Origin: Thermoplasmata archaeon | Lineage (GTDB): Archaea > Thermoplasmatota > Thermoplasmata > Lutacidiplasmatales > UBA184 | Direction: 5' to 3' | NCBI GenBank assembly: GCA_022750375.1 | Contig: JAKIVU010000007.1 | Span: forward strand, 1-60,839 | DNA length: 60,839 bases | Shown here: positions 54,051 to 60,839 of the stretch, one piece after another | Numbering within the stretch: the first letter of the stretch is position 1 | How the letters are laid out: the number at the start of each line of letters is the position of its first letter | The notes under the pieces: generated by a model | What the model saw: the letters and a program-made list of their open reading frames with translations, nothing else | Told to the model about the DNA's origin: nothing | Database searches by the model: none | Made by a program: the position numbers and the translations under genes

Positions 54051-55712
54051 TTGACCGCTGCGACCAATACCGAACCGGCCGGAAGCGTCGTGAACGTACC
54101 ATCGAGCGAGAGCGTTCGGCGGGAGGTCAGCAGCAAGGACCTGTACGTCCGACAGTCGTCGGGGCTCGTCCGCACGGTCGGGGCCCGTACGGCGCTCTTC
54201 GCCAACCTTGTCGCGATGGGTATCATCGTGAATTACTTCTGGATCGTCTTCGCGTCCGCGGGCTACCCGAACGCGAACCTGGTCACGACGGTCGCGATTG
54301 GGGTCACGATCAACGTCGGCGTGGGCTACGTCTATTGGATGCTCTCGAGCGCGATGCCGCGCTCGGGGGGCGACTACGTGTTCATGGGCCGTATTTTCCA
54401 TCCGAGTATTGGACTCGGGACCAACCTGTTGTTCACTGTTGTGTTCATTTCTTGGGCCGGATACTTCTCCTACTACGTGGCGGCGTACGGCATCCCGATG
54501 ATGCTCGCGGCCTATTCGGTTGCGGGCGGCGGGGCCCAAGCGCTCAACGACGCCACGTGGTTCACTGCGACCAACGGGCATCTGTTCCTCGTCGGCTTCC
54601 TCGTCTTGGGCCTCGTACTCTTGATCAGCTTGCTCCCGACCAAGTGGGTTTTCCGTACCACCGTCGGAATCTTCGCGATTACGGCGCTGATTTACGTCGT
54701 CATGATCGGCCTACTCCTCGCCACCCCGCAGTCGACCTTCGCTGCCGACTGGAACGCGCACAACGCCGCCACCCAGAACTATGCGACGGTCGCGTCCTTC
54801 GGAGCCAGTTTCGACAACGTCACGTTGACCGGCACCTTCCTCGGAATCGTCTACACAATGTTGAGCTTCATCGGGTACGCGAACAGCTCGTACTACGCGG
54901 GCGAGATTCGCGGGAACCCGACCCGGACCCAGGGCCTCGCGATCTTTGGCGCCCCGATTATCTTCGCCGGGCTCATCGGCGCTCTCTATGCCGCGACCTA
55001 CTACACCTTCGGCCGTGATTTCATCGTTGGAGTGAGCGGCGGATACCTCGGAGGGACCGTCACGCTCAGTGCCATCCCGTCCCCGCTGTTCCTCGCGGCG
55101 TACATCACCACGAGTCCGATGCTGGCCGCCTTCCTGACCTTCGGTCTGGTGCTGACCTTCTTCGGGTTCGCGTTCATCTATTTCATCATCCCCACGCGGA
55201 ATCTCTTCGCTTGGTCATTCGACCGCATCCTCCCAGCGTTCTTCACGCGCGTCACCCAGAACGGAGTCCCTTGGGTGGCGGTCATCACGCTCTGGTTCGC
55301 GTCGCTGATCGCGTTGTACGTGGCCGTGTATACGACTCTATTCACTTACCTCTCGTACTCCAACTTCGGCTTTTGGCTCGCCGTCGGGGTCGTCTGCCTC
55401 GGCGGAGCACTCTTCCCCTTCCTGCGTCCGAAGTTGTTCGCGCAGGCTCCCCGGATCGTGCGCGCCAAGGTCGGACCCGTCCCGATCCTGACGCTGGTCG
55501 GGCTCGCTTCCTGGGTCGGCGCCTGGTACGTGAGCTACGCGGCCTCCACGGCTCAGTACGTAGAACCGGCAGGGGCGTACCAGTACGGATACCTCCTCTT
55601 CCTGCCGATCGTCTTCGTTGTCGGAGTGGTCCTGTACTTCGTTTCCTACGCGATCCAGAAGTATCGGGGAATCCCCGTCGACCTCATCAGCAAGGAGCTC
55701 CCGCCGGACTAG
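54051..55712 (+). CDS. APC-superfamily amino acid/polyamine permease
   Basis: About 12-14 TM segments; RQSSGLVR, MPRSGGDYV, FIGY, RNLFAWSFDRILP. Confidence 0.92.
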   Translation: MTAATNTEPAGSVVNVPSSESVRREVSSKDLYVRQSSGLVRTVGARTALFANLVAMGIIVNYFWIVFASAGYPNANLVTTVAIGVTINVGVGYVYWMLSSAMPRSGGDYVFMGRIFHPSIGLGTNLLFTVVFISWAGYFSYYVAAYGIPMMLAAYSVAGGGAQALNDATWFTATNGHLFLVGFLVLGLVLLISLLPTKWVFRTTVGIFAITALIYVVMIGLLLATPQSTFAADWNAHNAATQNYATVASFGASFDNVTLTGTFLGIVYTMLSFIGYANSSYYAGEIRGNPTRTQGLAIFGAPIIFAGLIGALYAATYYTFGRDFIVGVSGGYLGGTVTLSAIPSPLFLAAYITTSPMLAAFLTFGLVLTFFGFAFIYFIIPTRNLFAWSFDRILPAFFTRVTQNGVPWVAVITLWFASLIALYVAVYTTLFTYLSYSNFGFWLAVGVVCLGGALFPFLRPKLFAQAPRIVRAKVGPVPILTLVGLASWVGAWYVSYAASTAQYVEPAGAYQYGYLLFLPIVFVVGVVLYFVSYAIQKYRGIPVDLISKELPPD

Positions 55713-55733
55713 GGCGCCGACACCCGCCCCTTT

Positions 55734-56816
55734 TTGGGCGCCGGCGTCTCGGTGGGCCCCGTGGGGGAGGTCGTCGATCTCGTCATCGACCCGCTGCGGG
55801 GCGATCGGATCTCCATCGAGCTCCCGGTCTCCTTCCGCTCCTCCCTGGAGGACGCGCGTCGTCAGATTGGGCTCGCCGACTGGGTCGACCTGGGAGATCC
55901 CCTCGTGGCTCGGGGGGTCGCTCTCGTGGCGGCCGCGCGGCGTGCGCAGCCGGAGATCCATCTCGCCCTCCTCGGAGGGGCGGCCCATCGATTCTGTTCC
56001 CTGTCCAGCAATCGCACGGACCTCGGGCTACGCCGGACGCTGCACGATCTCGACGTCGCCTGCCTGCACAAGGAGCTCCCGGAGGTGCGGGCGTTCCTCG
56101 CCACTGTGCACGAACGCGAGGGGAGCGGGCTCCGGTTCTTCGAGACGGCCGGGGATCGGACGATCAACTCCCTCGGGGAGGGGCGACGATTGCGCCTCCA
56201 TATGGTGCTCGGGGAGCACGACGGAGAGATCGCCCTGGGGAGCATCGACCTGCTCGCAGACGAGTTCCGATTCTGTCACCGTTTTGACCTGAAGGCCGAC
56301 GTGCGGGAGGCGCCCGCACGGCAGGGCACCCTCTCCCCTGCCCTACTCCTGCTCGCGAAGCTCCAGTTCATCCAGCGGATTCCCGGATCGGACCGGGGGA
56401 AGGTCGCGGAACGCGTGCTCGCCCCGTTCGGGCGTCACGATGTGGTCATCGGACCGGAAGCGAAGGACGTCCTCGACGTGCTCGCGCTCCTCCTCGACCA
56501 TCCGGTGGCGGAGACGCCCGACGGCATCTCGCCCGCACGTCTGTCCGCAATCGTCGCGGCCGATTGGGGGCTCTGGCACACCGCCTCCCTCAACATCGAA
56601 ATGGTCCGCCGTTCCGCCCTCCTGCGCGAGCTCCCGCCAGGTCCGCGCGGGCAGATCTCGAGTCGCCTCGACTCTCTCGGGACGATCCTCTCGTCCGCCG
56701 CTCCTCGGAGGCGATTTGGATTCCTAGGGGGTCAGTGGTGGGAGGAAGTCGACAATCTGCCGGCGGTCGATGGGACCGTGAGCGTCGGGGCTGCCGCGGC
56801 CACTACCCCGAAGTAA
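55734..56816 (+). CDS. Uncharacterised nucleotidyltransferase-fold protein (AbiEii/MenT-like motifs)
   Basis: LLGGAAH...HDLDV, IDLL, LLLLAKLQ, KDVLDVLALL, DWGL. Start uncertain (55734-55761). Confidence 0.7.
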   Translation: MGAGVSVGPVGEVVDLVIDPLRGDRISIELPVSFRSSLEDARRQIGLADWVDLGDPLVARGVALVAAARRAQPEIHLALLGGAAHRFCSLSSNRTDLGLRRTLHDLDVACLHKELPEVRAFLATVHEREGSGLRFFETAGDRTINSLGEGRRLRLHMVLGEHDGEIALGSIDLLADEFRFCHRFDLKADVREAPARQGTLSPALLLLAKLQFIQRIPGSDRGKVAERVLAPFGRHDVVIGPEAKDVLDVLALLLDHPVAETPDGISPARLSAIVAADWGLWHTASLNIEMVRRSALLRELPPGPRGQISSRLDSLGTILSSAAPRRRFGFLGGQWWEEVDNLPAVDGTVSVGAAAATTPK

Positions 56817-57759
56817 GGATTGCGGATTTCACTTCGTCCTCGGTGATATCCACCAGGGCCCCGAGGAGCGCCCCTTCGGTATACGCGCTCCCACAGTTCA
56901 TCGACACGGTCCGCTGGAAGGTGGTGATCCCACGGGACTCGTGGATGTGCCCGTGCAGCGAGAGGAGGGGGTGGTGTTGCTCGAGCGCGGCACGGACCGC
57001 CGTGCTCCCTACGTGGACCAATTGGGTCTCGCCGCCGGGGGCCATCACCTTCGTGAGGTCCGCGGTCAGGTTCGGCGCGCGGTCGAGCGCCGTCCCGTGC
57101 GGGGGGACGTGGAGGTTGAAGACCACGGACTCCGGACGTTCCACTCGGGCGAGGTCCTCCTCGATGTGGCGGGCGATCTCGTCCTCCGGAAGCTCGCGGT
57201 GCGTCTTCCACGGGGTCGGATTGCTGTAGGGGAGCGTCAGCAGCTCGTGGTGGTCATCGATACGGAGAACCTTACGGTCGGTTAGCTCCGCGAATTCGTC
57301 CGCTTCGATCACCGCCTCCATCGAGGTCAGGTCGTCGTTGCCGAGACCGAGGCAGAGCCTCGCGGCGCCGTCGCCTATTCGCTGGCGTGCCCACTCGAGC
57401 CATCGGCGGAGTTCGACCAGCGAGCACCGTTCGAACACCTCGTCGAGCTTTCCGGGCGTGACGATCAGCTCCTCCCACGCGCTCCGGGTAGTGCGGAACG
57501 GGACCGTGGCGGAGTCCCGGAGCGACTCCTCGAGGTGGTCGAGTTCCGTCAACGAGGCGGCCGATAGTCGTTGCCCTTCGATCGAAGCCGACCAGCCGTC
57601 GCTCTCCTCGAACACGGGCGTCAGCGTCTTCGCGGCGATGTCGCCTCCGACGAGGAGGAAGTCGGCCCGATAGGTCGTGGCCGCGTTGATGAACTTCCGC
57701 CAGCAGATCGCAGACCCGTGAAGGTCGGCCACGAAGAATATCCGGGTCGGCTTCGCCAC
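56803..57759 (-). CDS. Calcineurin-like (Icc-related) metallophosphoesterase
   Basis: ADLHG, GGDI, GNDD, HVPP..T.LD, GS.AVR, LHGHIHES. Confidence 0.92.
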   Translation of the reverse strand: MAKPTRIFFVADLHGSAICWRKFINAATTYRADFLLVGGDIAAKTLTPVFEESDGWSASIEGQRLSAASLTELDHLEESLRDSATVPFRTTRSAWEELIVTPGKLDEVFERCSLVELRRWLEWARQRIGDGAARLCLGLGNDDLTSMEAVIEADEFAELTDRKVLRIDDHHELLTLPYSNPTPWKTHRELPEDEIARHIEEDLARVERPESVVFNLHVPPHGTALDRAPNLTADLTKVMAPGGETQLVHVGSTAVRAALEQHHPLLSLHGHIHESRGITTFQRTVSMNCGSAYTEGALLGALVDITEDEVKSAILTSG

Positions 57760-57889
57760 TGGTGGATCCCCGCACCCGGCGATAGTCGGGCGGTCCCCAA
57801 AAAGGTGCCGGGGAAATTCAAAGAAGGGGAACCCCGGAGGGAACGCCTCCGGGGTGCAGGAAAGGGTTCGGTGCGGGCGCGGGGGCCGT

Positions 57890-59566
57890 TCAGTCCTCGC
57901 CGAAGTCGCCGCCGCCCATTCCGCCCATGCCACCCATGCCGCCCATACCACCCGGGCCGCCCGGGCCACCGCCGCCGCCGGGCGCGGGGCCCGACTTCGA
58001 GGCGATGACGTCGTCGATCCGCAGGATCATCACCGCGGCGTCCGTCGCGCTCTCGATCGCCTGGCGCCCGACACGGATCGGCTCGATCACGTGCAGGTGG
58101 ACCATGTCGTCGACCTTGCCCGCCATGACGTTGACGCCCGCCGACTTCTGACCGCCCTTGTGTGCCTTGCGCAGTTCGATCAGGATGTCGATGGGGTCGA
58201 GCCCGGCGTTCTCGGCCAGCGTGCGGGGAATCGTCTCGAGGGCCTCCGCAAAGCTCTCGAACGCGATCTGCTCGCGTCCGCCGATCTTCGCCGCCTCGTC
58301 CCGGAGCTGCATCGCGAGCTCGCTCGCCGTCGCGCCGCCTCCGTAGACGAACTTCCCGTCCTCGACGGCGACCGCGACCACGTTCAGGGCGTCATCGAGT
58401 GACCGCTCGATCTCGTCCAGGACGTGCTCCGTACCGCCGCGCATCAGGATCGAGACCGCGCGGGCCTTCTTCGCGCCCGTCACGAACGTGAGGGCGTCGT
58501 CCCCGATCTTGCGCTCCTCGATGAGACCGGCCGTTCCGACGTCCTGGGGCGTCAACTCGCTGACCTTCGAGACGATGTTCGCCCCGACCGCCTTCGCGAG
58601 CTTCTCCATGTCGGACTTCTTGACGCGGCGGACCGCGTAGATGCCTTCCTTGGCGAGGTAGTGCTGGGCGAGGTCGTCGATCCCCTTCTGGCAGAGGACG
58701 ACGTTCGCTCCGGATTTCTTGACCTGGTCGACCATCCGGCGCAACATGTTCTCCTCCTCCTGGAGGAACGCGTTCAGCTGCGACGGGTCGTTGATCTCGA
58801 TCTTGGCGTCGATCTCGGTCTTCTTGATCTCGAGCGCCGCGTCGAGGAGCGCGATCTTCGGGTTCTCGATGCGCGTAGGCATCCCCGAGTGGACCTTCTC
58901 CTTGTCGACGATGACGCCCTCGATGAGCGACGTGTCGGAGATCTGGCCGCCTTGCTTCTTGATCAGCTGGATGTTGTCGAGGTCCACGTAGTAGCCCTCG
59001 CCCTTCTTCTCGGCGACCGCGGTGACGGCCTTGACGGCGATCTCGCCGAGCGCGTCCCGGTTGAACGAGACGGACTTCGAGGCCATCGACGTGATCGCGA
59101 TCTGGAGCAGGTTGTCGTGGTCCGAGATCGTGACCGGGTGGCTGATCTGGTTCAGGATGTGAAGGGCCTTCGTGGAGGCCAGTCGGTATCCCTGAGAGAT
59201 GATGGTCGGATGGATGTTCTGATCGATCAGGGTCTCGGCGCGCTTCAACAGCTCGCCGGCGAGGACCACCGCGGTGGTCGTCCCGTCGCCCGCTTCCTGG
59301 TCCTGGGTCTTCGCGACCTCGACCAGCATCTTCGCGGCCGGGTGCTCGACGTCCATCTCCTTCAGGATAGTGACGCCATCGTTCGTGACCACGACATCGC
59401 CCATCGAATCGACGAGCATCTTGTCGAGCCCGCGCGGCCCGAGGGTCGAACGCACCGCGTCGGCGATCGCCTTCGCGGCCTGAATGTTGTTGTTGAGCGC
59501 CCCGCGTCCCTTCTCTCGCTTCGTCCCTTCTCGCAGCACCAGAATCGGCGTGTTTCCTGCCATCAT
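57890..59566 (-). CDS. thsA: Thermosome (group II chaperonin) subunit
   Basis: [37 protein letters not shown] tail. Alpha versus beta assignment is not certain. Confidence 0.96.
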   Translation of the reverse strand: MMAGNTPILVLREGTKREKGRGALNNNIQAAKAIADAVRSTLGPRGLDKMLVDSMGDVVVTNDGVTILKEMDVEHPAAKMLVEVAKTQDQEAGDGTTTAVVLAGELLKRAETLIDQNIHPTIISQGYRLASTKALHILNQISHPVTISDHDNLLQIAITSMASKSVSFNRDALGEIAVKAVTAVAEKKGEGYYVDLDNIQLIKKQGGQISDTSLIEGVIVDKEKVHSGMPTRIENPKIALLDAALEIKKTEIDAKIEINDPSQLNAFLQEEENMLRRMVDQVKKSGANVVLCQKGIDDLAQHYLAKEGIYAVRRVKKSDMEKLAKAVGANIVSKVSELTPQDVGTAGLIEERKIGDDALTFVTGAKKARAVSILMRGGTEHVLDEIERSLDDALNVVAVAVEDGKFVYGGGATASELAMQLRDEAAKIGGREQIAFESFAEALETIPRTLAENAGLDPIDILIELRKAHKGGQKSAGVNVMAGKVDDMVHLHVIEPIRVGRQAIESATDAAVMILRIDDVIASKSGPAPGGGGGPGGPGGMGGMGGMGGMGGGDFGED

Positions 59567-59577
59567 TTTCGTATCAC

Positions 59578-59593
59578 TCGAGATTACTCTCGA
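59578..59593. promoter_or_regulatory. Inverted repeat TCGAGA-ttac-TCTCGA between the thermosome TATA (59621..59628) and its start codon
   Basis: Perfect 6-4-6 dyad seen directly. Confidence 0.5.
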
Positions 59594-59650
59594 CTGTCAG
59601 GTTGAGTGAGTAAGCCCTTCTATTTAATGATACCTTGACCGCGGTTCTGT

Positions 59651-60761
59651 TGTGGAGTCCAGGAATTAGTTCCTCCGGCCCGGTCGAGGATCCCTGCCTG
59701 GTGGCTCGAGGGGCGACCGCGCCGCCCTCCTCGTACCGCAGCACGGCCGGAGCGGCCTATTCCCCCAAAGACTCCGGCCGCTGTGACGCGGCTGACCGAT
59801 CGACAGCTGGTGTGGCTCATCCGTCAAGCCCAGGGATACGGACGACCCCGCGAAACGCTCGGGCAGATGGCCGCTCGCTGGGGAGTGACCGTCCGATGGC
59901 TTCGGAAGCTCGTCCGACGATGGCGAACGACGGGAATCGTGCCGCAGCTGAACCCGCGACGGCGACCCCCGGGACCGCCGTTGACCGAGGAGCAGCGACG
60001 AGTGATTCGGGAGGAGTGGGGTCGCTCCCCTCGAGGGGCTACGAAGCTCTACCAGTCCCTGGCCAAACAGGGGGTCCATATTCCCAAGATGCAGATCTAC
60101 CGATTCGGGAAGACCCAGGGGTGGGTCGTCCCGAATCCGAGGAAGCAGCGGAAGCGTCGGTATGTCCGCTACGAGCGGGCCCACTCCGGGTCGTTGCTGC
60201 ACGGAGACTTCCATCGGTCGAGCGACACGAGTCCGCACTGCATTCTCTGGGAGGATGACGCGAGTCGAATGGTGTTGAGTGGAGGAGAGTTCGAACAGGC
60301 GACGGCGGAGACGGCGATCGCGACCCTGACGGAGGCGCTGCGTCGTGCGAACGAATGGAGTGTCGAGGTTCGAGAGGTGAACACCGACCGAGGGTGCCAG
60401 TTCTTTGCGAATCCTCGAGAGGAGCACGCGGTGGGGCGGGGTCAGTTCGAGCGGTTTCTGGCGGGTCGGGGCATCCGCCACGTGGTCAGTCGAGTGAATC
60501 ATCCTCAGACGAATGGGAAGCTCGAGAGGCTCTGGCGGGAATACGACCGCCATCGGGGTCGATTCGGGGACCTGGAGGGATTCATGGAGTGGTACAATGG
60601 CGAAGTGCATGGGAGCCTGTGGGTCGAGCAGTATGAGTCGCCGATCGAAGCTTGGCAGCGGAAGCTGCCGGTGGACGTGCAACTCGGTCTCTTCCTGCGG
60701 AGGACGGAAACGGAGGCGGTCTCATGAGTTCTAATAGGGGAAGAAATACCCAGACTCTACA
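59651..60761 (+). mobile_element. IS481-family insertion sequence
   Basis: TGT...ACA ends. Left IR TGTGGAGTCCAGGAATTAGTTCC versus reverse-complemented right IR TGTAGAGTCTGGGTATTTCTTCC (17/23 identical). No clean target duplication found. Confidence 0.85.
59783..60727 (+). CDS. IS481-family DDE transposase (integrase core)
   Basis: N-terminal HTH (QMAARWGVTVRWLRKLVRRW), RYER...G.LLHGD, NTDRG.QF, HPQTNGKLER. Confidence 0.93.
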   Translation: MTRLTDRQLVWLIRQAQGYGRPRETLGQMAARWGVTVRWLRKLVRRWRTTGIVPQLNPRRRPPGPPLTEEQRRVIREEWGRSPRGATKLYQSLAKQGVHIPKMQIYRFGKTQGWVVPNPRKQRKRRYVRYERAHSGSLLHGDFHRSSDTSPHCILWEDDASRMVLSGGEFEQATAETAIATLTEALRRANEWSVEVREVNTDRGCQFFANPREEHAVGRGQFERFLAGRGIRHVVSRVNHPQTNGKLERLWREYDRHRGRFGDLEGFMEWYNGEVHGSLWVEQYESPIEAWQRKLPVDVQLGLFLRRTETEAVS

Positions 60762-60774
60762 AGTTCCGGGGGCT

Positions 60775-60835
60775 CTGTGAAATGATTAGCCCGAAACGGT
60801 CGATTCTTTCACAGGCACGTCGATATTTTCACAGG
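60775..60835. repeat. Three copies of a TTTCACAG core: two direct 17-mers 20 bp apart plus one inverted copy
   Basis: GTCGATTCTTTCACAGG (60799..60815), GTCGATATTTTCACAGG (60819..60835), CTGTGAAA (60775..60782). Confidence 0.75.
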
Positions 60836-60839
60836 ATTC

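Noticed and set aside
57900-57990. Short tandem repeats at the thermosome 3' end
   Set aside because: They encode the ordinary GGM/GGP chaperonin tail, not a CRISPR or VNTR.
36-59605. Many long alternative-frame or antisense ORFs (e.g. 36..1529, 5297..7093, 7500..9458, 35831..37411, 41950..43959, 45566..48064, 58424..59605)
   Set aside because: They shadow well-supported genes, are Arg/Gly/Pro-rich and motif-free, and are expected in GC-rich DNA where stop codons are rare.
59567-59620. CIRCE or HAIR heat-shock element
   Set aside because: Partial ACTC/GAGT words are present, but their order and spacing do not fit TTAGCACTC-N9-GAGTGCTAA or CTTGAGT-N7-ACTCAAG.
60724-60780. Small ORF overlapping the transposase stop (ATGA)
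   Set aside because: Only 18 codons and it spans the IS right end, so it cannot be an element-encoded gene.
1-60839. CRISPR array, rRNA, SRP or RNase P RNA, prophage/integrase
   Set aside because: No regularly spaced 25-40-bp repeats or recognisable conserved RNA or viral signatures were seen by eye; a weak ncRNA could still be missed without covariance models.
1-60839. Stop-codon readthrough (Sec/Pyl) or programmed frameshifts in the core genes
   Set aside because: All recognised genes appear full-length in a single frame, with no split domains.

Overview
High-GC archaeal chromosomal segment, most consistent with class Thermoplasmata. This is inferred from gatDE, egsA, a group II chaperonin, Hel308, the ftsZ-secE-spt5-rpl11 cluster and smc-scpA-scpB; placement among uncultured soil/peat lineages is also inference. 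It is mostly housekeeping, with about 50 CDS. It also contains a surface-glycan cluster (22.7-32.6 kb), an amino-acid catabolism/transport region (48.5-57.8 kb), and an IS481-family element just upstream of the thermosome. Two tRNA genes, Arg-GCG (cut by the window edge) and Pro-TGG, each carry a BHB-type intron at the same non-canonical D-loop site. The best candidates for undescribed biology are: (1) an APC permease + AbiEii/MenT-like nucleotidyltransferase + GNDD-type metallophosphoesterase module, a possible writer/eraser pair; (2) the paired D-loop tRNA introns; (3) an Orc1/Cdc6 paralogue with a degenerate Walker A and a palindromic promoter; (4) Spt5 with a long N-terminal Ig-like addition; (5) a histone-H1-like basic protein; (6) a sugar C-methyltransferase pathway; (7) iteron/ORB-like repeats at the right edge. 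All calls come from motif reading only, with no database searches. Many start codons were re-chosen by eye because the ORF track over-extends in GC-rich DNA.
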